From positions 73,719 to 137,718 of the IMG/VR virus record IMGVR_UViG_2757320370_000007: DNA of 64,000 nt, one strand, 5' to 3'. The stretch is from a virus. Shown here piece after piece: positions 1 through 9,247 of the stretch (its first letter is position 1; each line of letters starts with the position of its first letter). Below the pieces are notes generated by a model. It worked only from the letters and a program-made list of their open reading frames with translations. It was not told where the DNA came from and made no database searches. A program made the translations under genes and the position numbers.

Positions 1-724
1 TGCGGTCAATTTCTTCTTGTGGATCTCCAAATCCAACTTCAACCAGTCTTTTCGTGACAATTTTTGTATTTACGATATCACCATAAACTTTAACTGTCTG
101 ACCCTTTTCATAAGTATCTTGAACATAATTAACAGACGTTGGATTTTGCACTACAAAATCAAAGGGGAAGATTTTCTTTGCGTCATCCTTTTGTTCTTGG
201 TAGTTAACAATAAATCCTTTTAGAATCAGTCTTCCAGTTTCTTCACCATTCCGCGTCTCCGCTTTAGATCCAGCAATTGCCAATTCAAGATTAAACTTAG
301 CTTGTGGCTCAAAAACTTCATCCGACTTAATGCGATTTACAAACTTTGCAGAAAGTTTGGGATACGATCTCCATTCGCCGTCCTGACCGACATATTCATT
401 CTTTCCAACTTTACCATTATCGAATTTGCCAGAAGTTTCAATGCGAACTTTATCAGCATTCTCAATACCATGTACATCAATTGTCTTGTATTCGTCACGA
501 ATAGTTACTAGTGTTTTAAAAAGACCACTTACTTCTTTCTTTTGGTTCATCTTAAATGAGAATACATTTACAGTGTGAATAGACTCAGGAGACACTTGAA
601 TATCAATTTCTCCCGAAATGGCGTCCTGCCCATTGATCGGTTTTTCTTCAATCCGAATATCTTTTACAATGCCTTCGATGTGAATTGTGTTAATGCCCTC
701 TTGTAGTGTTTTTTCGTTAGCCAT
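1..724 (-). CDS. Phage single-stranded DNA-binding protein, SPbeta YorF-like (runs off window edge; absent from ORF track)
   Basis: ATG at 724 behind GGAGAG RBS; manual translation MANEKTLQEGINTIHIEGIVKDIRIEE...GEIDIQVSPESIHTV...GEETGRLILKG, stop-free to base 1, resembles YorF. Confidence 0.75.
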   Translation of the reverse strand, partial: MANEKTLQEGINTIHIEGIVKDIRIEEKPINGQDAISGEIDIQVSPESIHTVNVFSFKMNQKKEVSGLFKTLVTIRDEYKTIDVHGIENADKVRIETSGKFDNGKVGKNEYVGQDGEWRSYPKLSAKFVNRIKSDEVFEPQAKFNLELAIAGSKAETRNGEETGRLILKGFIVNYQEQKDDAKKIFPFDFVVQNPTSVNYVQDTYEKGQTVKVYGDIVNTKIVTKRLVEVGFGDPQEEIDR

Positions 725-847
725 TTTAATTTATCTCTCCAATTATGTATTAGTTTAGTTTTTTTAAATAAGTTAATATGTTTAGTTTATTGGACACTGC
801 GACTCATTTCGGTGGACTTCGCATTAAAGAAATACTCTCACATCCTC

Positions 848-1786
848 TCAGAATCCGAATTTATTAACCTTATCGACTTTAGTTTCTTTTATATCATCAA
901 ATGGTGATCCATGAATCACATCCGATTCCAATTCTTCTGGCTTATATCTTCCCTGAACTAGCGAGGAAAGATTACCTCCAACAATCTCCAATTCTTTAAT
1001 TGATGATCCAGCAATAACTTCGTATCCATCATCAGATAAAGTCATTGGAACATAATTTCTTATGTTTCCATGGATCTTCAATGTGGAACCAACCTGAATA
1101 TTACTTTGAAAATATTCAACAAGCGCAACGGAACTTTTGTCTTTAATGTTAATCACAAACTTGTACGGGATGATGTCAAATCCATCAGAATTACGAATAA
1201 TCAATTTGGTATTTACATTATATTTACTAGAAATAACTTTTTTGATATCCATAAATACTATCTCTTGAGTGAAATAAGATTCGTTCAGTAGACTTGCTTC
1301 ATCTATAGAATATATCTCAGTGATGATGAAGCTTTCTTGTGTCTCGCCTTTATATTCATTGAATCTTAATGAACCCTTGATTAACACGCTTGATCCATCT
1401 TTTAAGTTGTCTCTCAGGTGCTCTGTTGCATCATAGGCTATTAACTTAATATCTTCTCTGTCTAGGCCATTGAGGTTAATTTTGACTGGTTGGAAGTACT
1501 TATAGCTCTTGTACTTGTGACTATATTTTTCATTCCAGTTAACCATGATATGATTATTCTTGTCATATCTCTTTGTCATTGGATCAACTTTAAACATTTT
1601 TATCTTGTCCGACTTATTCCCCATCATTTCAACATATACAAATGCATTACTGCTCACTCTCACGCCAAATTGTAGCCTGTTCCATTGTCCATTTTCTGTC
1701 TGTCCATCAGTGTAAGCCTTAGTATTAGATAGACCAGTAATGATTCCTTTGATTTCAAACTTACCGTATGTTGGTTGCAAACTCAT
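848..1786 (-). CDS. Double OB-fold SSB-like protein, probable paralog of the adjacent gene
   Basis: Similar layout (IKGII start; FQSNIQVGSTLKIHGNIRN vs YEKGQTVKVYGDIVN); acidic PFDD near C-terminus. Confidence 0.5.
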   Translation of the reverse strand: MSLQPTYGKFEIKGIITGLSNTKAYTDGQTENGQWNRLQFGVRVSSNAFVYVEMMGNKSDKIKMFKVDPMTKRYDKNNHIMVNWNEKYSHKYKSYKYFQPVKINLNGLDREDIKLIAYDATEHLRDNLKDGSSVLIKGSLRFNEYKGETQESFIITEIYSIDEASLLNESYFTQEIVFMDIKKVISSKYNVNTKLIIRNSDGFDIIPYKFVINIKDKSSVALVEYFQSNIQVGSTLKIHGNIRNYVPMTLSDDGYEVIAGSSIKELEIVGGNLSSLVQGRYKPEELESDVIHGSPFDDIKETKVDKVNKFGF

Positions 1787-1922
1787 TCACTAACCTACTT
1801 TATATGTATTAACTTTTAAAAACAAAAACTTCTTAATCACCACCTTCTATTGGAATATCTATAACCTCACTTACGTAAAGATATATATTCAACATGCTTT
1901 CGCATGGCGTTTTTAAAATCAA

Positions 1923-1995
1923 TGGGTCTCATCGGACTTGAACCGATATTATCTGATTTATGAGATCAGAGCCTTAACCATTAGACGAAAGACCC
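1923..1995 (-). tRNA. tRNA with CAU anticodon, probably Ile2 (lysidine type) rather than Met; CCA not encoded
   Basis: Cloverleaf GGGTCTT/GAGACCC acceptor, CTGAT-CTCATAA-ATCAG anticodon arm, ATCGG-TTCAAGT-CCGAT T arm; G1-C72 paired, so not initiator. Confidence 0.9.
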
Positions 1996-1999
1996 ATGA

Positions 2000-2082
2000 T
2001 GCGGATGGAGGGATTTGAACCCTCATGTCTCAATGACAATGGATTTTAAGTCCATCACATATGCCAATTCCGCCACACCCGC
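2000..2082 (-). tRNA. tRNA-Leu(UAA); CCA not encoded
   Basis: GCGGGTG/CATCCGC acceptor, ATGGA-CTTAAAA-TCCAT anticodon arm, long variable arm, GAGGG-TTCAAAT-CCCTC T arm. Confidence 0.92.
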
Positions 2083-2260
2083 AAGTTTCTTATTAATCTT
2101 GATGAAATTATTATTTCCTCAACCCTTAGCATGTTCCTCTGAACCTCCATACCCTTATATTACTCTAGCCCTTCCATCATGTCAACACATTTCATATATT
2201 TACTTTATAAATCCATTGAACCGAACAGTTTGTAGTCCGGTTCATATGTTTTTTTATAAA

Positions 2261-2641
2261 TTACGTGTATAACAGGAAATCCATAAACCAAGTACTAGGC
2301 GGTAGATCACTATGTATCTCAAAAATCTTTATTGCGTTCGTCTGATTAAGTTGCGACACTTTATAGTCATTTAGTGGCTCTTGAAACAAATCTTCTAATG
2401 CCGATTTACTATCTTTATTAAAGTGAGAACAAAAATCACTTACAGTGTAAATTCTATTTAATATATCCTTATCTCTTTTTTTAGATAAATATTCATCTAT
2501 TTCCCGTCTTGTCTTGGATTCACCGCACCAATTAATAATATTGCTTATATCGTCTTGATTTTTCAAAACAAAAGTAACAAAATTCCAAAACTCAAATGCA
2601 GATTTCTCAACCTTTAAGATTGGACTTAACTGATTTTTCAT
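2261..2641 (-). CDS. Hypothetical protein
   Basis: 126-aa ORF behind AAGGGG RBS. Confidence 0.6.
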   Translation of the reverse strand: MKNQLSPILKVEKSAFEFWNFVTFVLKNQDDISNIINWCGESKTRREIDEYLSKKRDKDILNRIYTVSDFCSHFNKDSKSALEDLFQEPLNDYKVSQLNQTNAIKIFEIHSDLPPSTWFMDFLLYT

Positions 2642-2838
2642 TACATATCCCCTTTTTGTATTTTTCTCTGTCGGCTTGCAAAATATAATAATTTATCTGT
2701 CTAAACCCTTACATATAAGTTTATACCTTGTCTTATACGTAATCAACCATAGACATGTTGCAGCGAAAGTATGTTGACCATTCCTTTATTTAGTACTTAT
2801 TGCAATAATTGTGTCGTATAATGTCGATATATATAGTA

Positions 2839-2888
2839 AGAACGTTTGTTCCTATTTTTATAGTAATGTAAACATTTCATTTATGCAA
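2839..2888 (-). promoter_or_regulatory. SigA-type promoter with a LexA (Cheo) box at the start site
   Basis: TTGCAT-17-TACTAT (2888-2860); AGAACGTTTGTTCC at 2839-2852 matches GAAC-N4-GTTC. Confidence 0.65.
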
Positions 2889-2917
2889 GACAATTATCAT
2901 ATATGTTGGATTTAAAA

Positions 2918-3292
2918 TTACAGCCTTCTAAATAATCCTAGGCAAGTCTTTATTACTTTCATCCTTTTATCAGCAATCGTTATCCTGTCATTTTCCTTGT
3001 CTTGCCCATAAATAAGTACGTTTAATTTACAATCTATTTCTGGATTCTTATTTAAATTTGCTATAATGCCTCTATCTGTTCTTATAAACCCCTCGTTTTT
3101 TTCTAGCAATCCATAAGACTTGTCGACAGAATTACAATCCCTATATTCTCCATTATCTGTTTTATATATCCTATAAGATCCCTCTCTTTTTGTGTATTCA
3201 GTACGAACATGCCTCAAATCTTTAATTTCTATCCATTCGGCTTCTTCTGCGAAGTCTTTTCCGTCCCACTTTAAAACCATTATAGATCTCAT
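2918..3292 (-). CDS. Stand-alone LytTR DNA-binding protein (no receiver domain)
   Basis: GFIRTDRGIIANLNK matches the LytTR F-x-R-x-HRS-x-x-VNL motif; start reassigned to ATG 3292 behind AAGGGAG. Confidence 0.75.
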   Translation of the reverse strand: MRSIMVLKWDGKDFAEEAEWIEIKDLRHVRTEYTKREGSYRIYKTDNGEYRDCNSVDKSYGLLEKNEGFIRTDRGIIANLNKNPEIDCKLNVLIYGQDKENDRITIADKRMKVIKTCLGLFRRL

Positions 3293-3319
3293 AAAATCTC
3301 CCTTCTTTATTATGAGAGT

Positions 3320-3352
3320 GCCGTGGATACTAAAACAAATGGCATCCACGGC
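3320..3352 (-). other. 11-bp stem-loop between agrD-like and LytTR genes (no U-tract)
   Basis: GCCGTGGATGC-N11-GTATCCACGGC on the minus strand. Confidence 0.7.
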
Positions 3353-3359
3353 CTAAAAC

Positions 3360-3485
3360 TTACATCATATCCGCTGGCACATCTTCCCCATGCAGGAATG
3401 TCCAGCTTGCAACAGAAACAGTCAGCAATACAATCATTGATAATCCCATTCCTACGAACTTCATATACTTGTGATTAATCTTCAT
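3360..3485 (-). CDS. agrD: AgrD-like cyclic lactone autoinducer precursor, 41 aa (absent from ORF track)
   Basis: MKINHKYMKFVGMGLSMIVLLTVSVASWTFLHGEDVPADMM; GGGAGGTGA RBS; leader, S-WTFL core and acidic/Pro tail; overlaps end of agrB. Confidence 0.85.
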   Translation of the reverse strand: MKINHKYMKFVGMGLSMIVLLTVSVASWTFLHGEDVPADMM

Positions 3486-4023
3486 CTCTTTTCACCTCCC
3501 TTAATGGAATATGAAACAGGAGGAGTGATTGTATAAAAATTGAAGTTGATATGATAATGTCGAATATCAGGATGCATATAATTATGATTGCTACTGATAT
3601 CACCTTAAAAATAAAGTGATTTTCTTTTTTAACTATTGTTTTACTTGCTATTTTTGATGGAGAATATATTAGACACATCATGATACTAACCAATAATATC
3701 ACTTTGTGATGGTCGTATAGCAAGTAACTATAATTAACTATAAGATAAATTAAAGATATTGATACTATCACACATATATCTGCATTTTTAATATGATATC
3801 CACCCGAGAATTGTCTCAATATTACAAATGGTATTGCTGCTTTTGCATATTCTAAATAATCTCCAGTAATCAAAGCGATTATAATTAGTGAAACAATAGG
3901 AATTATATTTGTGATAATAAATTTTACTGAATACTTAGTCTGAACAAACGATGGCATTTCATCTGGATAATCTCCAACAAGCCATTGGGCCATTTTTATA
4001 GAAAATGTATCAATCAATCTCAT
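3475..4023 (-). CDS. agrB: AgrB-family peptide-processing membrane protease
   Basis: LRQFSGGYH...C motif with catalytic His/Cys; multiple TM helices. Confidence 0.9.
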   Translation of the reverse strand: MRLIDTFSIKMAQWLVGDYPDEMPSFVQTKYSVKFIITNIIPIVSLIIIALITGDYLEYAKAAIPFVILRQFSGGYHIKNADICVIVSISLIYLIVNYSYLLYDHHKVILLVSIMMCLIYSPSKIASKTIVKKENHFIFKVISVAIIIICILIFDIIISTSIFIQSLLLFHIPLREVKRDED

Positions 4024-4663
4024 CTCTCTTTTCTTTCTTGGTCTCTAGTATAAAAATATTTATTAAGCACAAAATCCAGAAGATTATTTCTAGGATTACA
4101 TTATTAAAGTTATATATATTGATGAACATCAACATAACGCAAGCAGACGTAAGTAAGATCACATTGTTTATTTTGGTAAATTTAATTCGGTAGGTGTAAT
4201 CGTTAGGCAAGGTTGTGAAGTGTTTTTTGAGTTTTCTTAGCAACAAAGTTACAGATATCAATATTATTGCACTAATTATTTGTAAGGAAGGTCTCAAGAA
4301 ATCATTATTTTTAATTTCATTAAATCTAATATCGGTCACATACGATGTCACCATTATCAAAAATCCCTGAATTACTGCCTGCCCAACAAACCCCATCAAT
4401 GTTAATCTTAAAGACGAAAAAACCGATATTCTAAAATACAGTATCAATGATAAAAATAATATCGTTATACTAATCAATGGCTCATAATCTTTTAATGAGT
4501 CGTGAGTAGATATATAGTAATTTCCAATCGATATAACTAAAACGGTTAGTAATATCTCTCTCCAATAATTTCTTAATCTGACTTTGAATGATCCGAAGGC
4601 AAATATAAAAATTGATAAGCCATCAATCATCGAAAATAGTATGTATAACAAGGCACTTTCCAT
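4010..4663 (-). CDS. Polytopic membrane protein resembling an AgrC sensor domain, with no kinase domain
   Basis: About 6-7 hydrophobic segments in 217 aa; overlaps agrB start; no HisKA/HATPase motifs. Confidence 0.6.
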   Translation of the reverse strand: MESALLYILFSMIDGLSIFIFAFGSFKVRLRNYWREILLTVLVISIGNYYISTHDSLKDYEPLISITILFLSLILYFRISVFSSLRLTLMGFVGQAVIQGFLIMVTSYVTDIRFNEIKNNDFLRPSLQIISAIILISVTLLLRKLKKHFTTLPNDYTYRIKFTKINNVILLTSACVMLMFINIYNFNNVILEIIFWILCLINIFILETKKEKRDEID

Positions 4664-4691
4664 TTAACTTATACTCCCTCTTGTTAGTTAA

Positions 4692-4752
4692 TTAAGTAAA
4701 CATATATATATTACTTATAAGTCAATATTACCATGATATTTTTCTATGTCAA
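4692..4752 (-). promoter_or_regulatory. SigA promoter of the agr-like operon with an inverted copy of the phage repeat motif downstream
   Basis: TTGACA-16-TAATAT with extended TG (4752-4725); TTAAGTAAACATATAT at 4692-4707. Confidence 0.65.
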
Positions 4753-4784
4753 CTATTAATTACAAATAAAAAAGAACAAGTTTT

Positions 4785-5780
4785 TCAACTTGTTCCCGCA
4801 GGGTATAGTCTGTTTATAGTTTTTAGGTTTAGACAGTCTTTAGATAACCTGTGTACTGAAAGTTCACCGTAATCAAACCTCCGGCACACCTCTAATATTT
4901 CTTGTCTTTCAAAAACTCCTCTCTCTTCATATAAGTCTTTTGCATATTTAACCATTCCAGACTTCCTAATGTTTAGAGGTACTAATTCCTTATAATCAAG
5001 CCACCTAGATATGTTTTTAATTTTTCGACTCACAAAATTTCTAGGAGCCACTCCAAAATAGGTTGTATTCATATCTGCTGACCTAAATATATACCCATTA
5101 CTCACCAAAGTTATGTCTCTTGATGATTTCATCTTCACCTGTAGATTTGCATTACTTTTTACGTAGATTGTTTGATTGGCTGCTCTTATCAATAATGTCA
5201 CTAATTTTTCCGATACTTTCAATTTTCTGATCGTTGTTTCTCCATCTGCATCTAAATTTTTTAAAGTGAGGATATTATTTTCTTGATCAATGTCCGCTAA
5301 TTGCAATCGAAGTATCTCTGAGTACTCCCTTCCCATCAAACCCTCGAATAATGCTAGAACTAACGCTCTATCTTGTTCGTTTGACAATCTCCCGATTATG
5401 TCATTTATTTGTTTTTCGGTATATAAAAATTCTAAACTAGAATCTATAAAACTGCTTATAAATTCTTCAGATAAACCCGCCCCTAATGGATTTATATTAT
5501 TATCCCTAAGATCATTTTTTATTGCCCATGTTATATATTTTTTCATTTGAGACAAGGCATCACGACTTGAGTTGTAAGTGGTGGGAGAAAGCAACTTCAT
5601 CACTTGCCCAATCTCATTTACGTTGAAATTATATAAGTCTCTCCCCAATTCTTCCTCTACATAAGCCGCTCTTAGTAAAATTCTTGAGTACACAATTTTA
5701 GTTGATTCCGACAATCCCTTTAAATACCGTTCTTTTTGTTCAGCGTTGAAGAATTCATTCCCGTATATATTGTTAGCCAA
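4785..5780 (-). CDS. yopR: Master lysogeny repressor MrpR/YopR(SroF)-like, tyrosine-recombinase fold
   Basis: FNAEQKERYL, ELGRDLYNF, RALVLALFEG, LVPLNIRKSG resemble YopR; no HxxR motif; likely TTG start 5780 behind GGGAG. Confidence 0.8.
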   Translation of the reverse strand: MANNIYGNEFFNAEQKERYLKGLSESTKIVYSRILLRAAYVEEELGRDLYNFNVNEIGQVMKLLSPTTYNSSRDALSQMKKYITWAIKNDLRDNNINPLGAGLSEEFISSFIDSSLEFLYTEKQINDIIGRLSNEQDRALVLALFEGLMGREYSEILRLQLADIDQENNILTLKNLDADGETTIRKLKVSEKLVTLLIRAANQTIYVKSNANLQVKMKSSRDITLVSNGYIFRSADMNTTYFGVAPRNFVSRKIKNISRWLDYKELVPLNIRKSGMVKYAKDLYEERGVFERQEILEVCRRFDYGELSVHRLSKDCLNLKTINRLYPAGTS

Positions 5781-7113
5781 CTGTAACACTCCCTTGAACA
5801 TATTTTTCAAAATATTCTATAACCATTTTTCTGAGAGGATTAGAATTTATTCCTCTTTTGCTCTTATCATTAAATATTTCAACCAGTTTTTCATCTTTAA
5901 AATTAATGTTTCCGATATACTCCTTAAGTTCTTTTAATGGTTTGTTGGTATCCTGAAAATGTTTTGCTATTACAGTATATCCCAAGAACATTAATGGATG
6001 GTTTATCAAGGTATTTGAATATTTGCGTGGGTCTAATATGAACTCATCTACATAGTATCCAAACAAGTACTTATAAAAGTTTATTAAATATTCAGATACT
6101 TCATCAACGTCTAATCCACTTTTTAGATTAAAAGAATGCTCTATCCCATATGACATTATATCGAATGTTGTTAATTGTCCTGTTATTTCGCTTATTTTGG
6201 GTGCGGAGGCGATCTTACCCTTTTTAAACTCAGACTTCGGATGCTGTTGTAGTTCTTTAACAACTAGATCTGAATTTTTCACAGATAATAACTCTTTTCT
6301 TCTCTCTATTTTAACCGGATTTATTGTATTTATTTGTCCAAAATACTTTTGTGCTTTCGGAGTGTCGTAAGATCTAATAGACAGTATCATATCTTGATTT
6401 AAATATTCATTCATTGTCATGGCTCTCGAACCACCCTCTAAACGGTGAAATCCATCTAATATTGAGACCACAGCTCCATCGTTAATTGTAAACAATCTTG
6501 TATTTTCATTGTAAGTAAATGGTTTTACCTCGTTCGAATAAACATTTAAAGTAATCATATCTTCAAGGTAATCATCGTTAGCCATTTCAGAAGCAATACT
6601 TTTAACACTATTTTTGTTTAGATACGGAGTTGGAACGACTCCATCTCTTTTCATTACGTATACGGCGCTTCTTTGAGTTTTATAATCATAAAAGATTAAC
6701 TGAGAATTAGACATCTGTACCAAAAATGACATTTTAACAGATGTTAAAAAACTATCTTCTCTTATTTTTTTCACATCTTCAATAACTATAGGGAGCATCA
6801 ATCTATTTTCAAAACCATAGACCTCTTTAATATTTTGGTGTGCCATTTCAATCTCATTTTCAGAAAACCAGCGTTCTGGAGACATGTCATCGTAACCAGT
6901 TACTTCATGTATTACTTCCGTGATGACGCACAGTAATGATTCACTGGCTGCCGATAATGCTTGATCTCCTTTCGATATATCTTCAAAGGTTCCCAATGGA
7001 ACACCTTTATCCTTCAATATACTATTTGTTTGATGGACCTTTTTTCTTGTTCCTTTTATTTCCCTAAAACGTTCTTGAATATGTCCCTCTAGTTCTTCTC
7101 TGTCTTTTTTCAT
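5773..7113 (-). CDS. yopQ: YopQ(SroE)-like protein with DGQHR/ParB-DndB-type domain
   Basis: ILDGFHRL motif; 446 aa; immediately upstream of and overlapping yopR, as in SPbeta. Confidence 0.75.
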   Translation of the reverse strand: MKKDREELEGHIQERFREIKGTRKKVHQTNSILKDKGVPLGTFEDISKGDQALSAASESLLCVITEVIHEVTGYDDMSPERWFSENEIEMAHQNIKEVYGFENRLMLPIVIEDVKKIREDSFLTSVKMSFLVQMSNSQLIFYDYKTQRSAVYVMKRDGVVPTPYLNKNSVKSIASEMANDDYLEDMITLNVYSNEVKPFTYNENTRLFTINDGAVVSILDGFHRLEGGSRAMTMNEYLNQDMILSIRSYDTPKAQKYFGQINTINPVKIERRKELLSVKNSDLVVKELQQHPKSEFKKGKIASAPKISEITGQLTTFDIMSYGIEHSFNLKSGLDVDEVSEYLINFYKYLFGYYVDEFILDPRKYSNTLINHPLMFLGYTVIAKHFQDTNKPLKELKEYIGNINFKDEKLVEIFNDKSKRGINSNPLRKMVIEYFEKYVQGSVTVG

Positions 7114-7172
7114 CGTTTACATACACCCCTCTGATTATTGAGTTATTGTAACATAGTTATAAAAATCTATTT

Positions 7173-7937
7173 TTAGCAAAAATATTTTAGAATATAATTT
7201 TGAGAAGTGCTTGTGTAAATATCGGCCAATACATCTTTGTCTGTTATTTTATTATCATTGATAATTTTCTGTCTTGCCGCCTTAAAACAAGATAAACAAA
7301 AGATATCAGTTCCTTCTTCTGGCGTAAATTGCCTAAAGCAGTTTTTCTCGACACATATCTTATCTTTAACTGCTACCGCCTTACCGTATGGCCTATATCC
7401 GGCCTTACGCATAGAATCTACCCAACTTAACCCCATCCCCCGGAGAACCTTCTGAGATGGCTTCAAGTTCATGATGTCGTATTCTTTACTTGTTGGTATA
7501 TACCCTAATTTTTTAATTGTTTGTTTTAGTTCTAAAATTGCGTTATCGTTTGTCGCGTATTGAGCATTTGCCATTTTAACATCTGCCACACAAACTATTT
7601 CTGACCATCCGTAGTGTTTGCATATATAGTCATAACTAGGTAGCAAGCTTGGTGTAGACGACTCATATAATACTTTAGACACTTCTCCATATTCTAGGGC
7701 TAATATCTTTAAATTACTGACTGCCTTAATTTTGTTTACGTTTATTAAATACTCTTCTTTATTAAGTACCCCACACAATTTTAAAAACTCAGGGAAAGTT
7801 ATATTTAACTTGTTTTTCAGGGTTTTCCATGCAGGAATATCTCCTCTATTTTTATCATACAGCTCAGTTGTTAAATATCCTCCAACTTTAGACGAGACTT
7901 CTTTTACTCTTTTTACCAACTCTTTATCAATAGTCAT
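7173..7937 (-). CDS. Protein with homing-endonuclease-associated repeats and C-terminal Zn finger
   Basis: Repeated units such as IKKLGYIPTSKEYD...SWVDSMRKAG; C-x4-C...CLSC. Confidence 0.55.
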   Translation of the reverse strand: MTIDKELVKRVKEVSSKVGGYLTTELYDKNRGDIPAWKTLKNKLNITFPEFLKLCGVLNKEEYLINVNKIKAVSNLKILALEYGEVSKVLYESSTPSLLPSYDYICKHYGWSEIVCVADVKMANAQYATNDNAILELKQTIKKLGYIPTSKEYDIMNLKPSQKVLRGMGLSWVDSMRKAGYRPYGKAVAVKDKICVEKNCFRQFTPEEGTDIFCLSCFKAARQKIINDNKITDKDVLADIYTSTSQNYILKYFC

Positions 7938-7958
7938 ACCTTTAGTATCTCCTTACTA

Positions 7959-8426
7959 TCAATATTCTATTCTCATCTTATTCGACATAAGATGGCCCTT
8001 TCCTTTATTTGTATCCACTAAAACATCTTCTACCAAATAAACTATCTCTTTACACTTACTGCAATTCCATGTTTTTCTTTTATATTGTGATTCTGCTGTA
8101 TAAGTTGTTCCACACTTACAATCAACCTTAATCACTATTGTTTGATTACTGTATGCTTTATTTAAAATTTCTTCTTCAGTTTTTTGAATAGATACAATTT
8201 GATTACGATGAACTGAAAATTTATTATGTACTTTAAAATCGGCAACTAAATTTGAATTCAATCCAAAGTATTCGGCACCTATTGTGGTTACAAATTTCTC
8301 ATCATTTTTATAACATTGCATCCATTCATCTATCTGACTATTCGAGAGCGGAACTGTATTCTTAATTCCACTGTTTAACGTGTAAGTCATTATATAGAGA
8401 GTGTTACTATCTTCGTTATTCATCAA
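7959..8426 (-). CDS. Hypothetical protein with C-terminal Zn ribbon
   Basis: CKCG...CSKC; GGAGGTGA RBS. Confidence 0.6.
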   Translation of the reverse strand: MMNNEDSNTLYIMTYTLNSGIKNTVPLSNSQIDEWMQCYKNDEKFVTTIGAEYFGLNSNLVADFKVHNKFSVHRNQIVSIQKTEEEILNKAYSNQTIVIKVDCKCGTTYTAESQYKRKTWNCSKCKEIVYLVEDVLVDTNKGKGHLMSNKMRIEY

Positions 8427-8662
8427 TCAATTATCACCTCCAATAGATAATTTACTTCATTAGATCTAAAAGTCAAGTGATAAATAAAACAAAAAAGACT
8501 CTTACATATAAATAATATCATATGTATTGAGCCTTTTATATATTTATTTGTCGATTTATGTAGTTTTTTTATTACATGTTGTTTTTATGTAGTTTTAAAA
8601 TATGCTTCAGACACACATCCAATTACAACTGTCAAAGCATTATCCCCTCACCTTTTACACTC

Positions 8663-8977
8663 TTATTCAGTTGTTAGATGAATAACATTATCTTTAATGG
8701 TCATCTCACTAACAAATTCGACATCGCTTATACTCAGACCTCTTCCTCCAAGTAGTCTTTCGCCTACTGCGACCTTTAAATGATATGTGCTGTCTTCTGT
8801 AAGTTCCTGTTGGCAACGATACTTAGACTGCCACACATAGCGTTGTTTATCTTGCTCAAAAACATAGGTATGTAGATTCGCTGGGCGAAAGTATCTGTCC
8901 GTATAATCCACACCGTAACTTACTTCGATTAATTTCCCGATGATGTCAGTCTTGTTGTTATCCATATCGACCACCAT
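8663..8977 (-). CDS. Hypothetical protein
   Basis: ORF track; AAGGATGG RBS-like. Confidence 0.55.
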   Translation of the reverse strand: MVVDMDNNKTDIIGKLIEVSYGVDYTDRYFRPANLHTYVFEQDKQRYVWQSKYRCQQELTEDSTYHLKVAVGERLLGGRGLSISDVEFVSEMTIKDNVIHLTTE

Positions 8978-9064
8978 CCATCCTTTTAAAATGTTTAATA
9001 AACTTTGATTAAATTCATTGTACTATATATCATTTAATATGTATATGTTTATATTATAAATAAT

Positions 9065-9247
9065 TTATTTTCTTCTTTTCCTTACAACAAAATTGTCTAT
9101 GGTATCAAAAATTCTATATAATTTAGTTATAAAGTCAATCAAGTCATCTGGATTATTGCTCCGTATACTGGTGTTAATCCAAGTCTCAACTTTTGTAACA
9201 TTGTCTTTGAAAACAAGTTTCTGTATGACGTACCTCTTAGTTGTCAT
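9065..9247 (-). CDS. Hypothetical protein
   Basis: 60-aa ORF behind GGGAG RBS. Confidence 0.5.
   Translation of the reverse strand: MTTKRYVIQKLVFKDNVTKVETWINTSIRSNNPDDLIDFITKLYRIFDTIDNFVVRKRRK

Noticed and set aside
790-835. GC-richer hairpin upstream of the SSB gene as a riboswitch
   Set aside because: No match to riboswitch consensus I recognise; likely a simple stem-loop
1923-2082. tRNAs as a prophage attachment site
   Set aside because: Phage-like genes on both sides; I saw no duplicated tRNA 3' end, and there is no adjacent integrase
2812-2831. TGTCG direct repeat as a LytTR binding site
   Set aside because: 10-bp period does not fit the roughly 21-bp period of LytTR direct repeats
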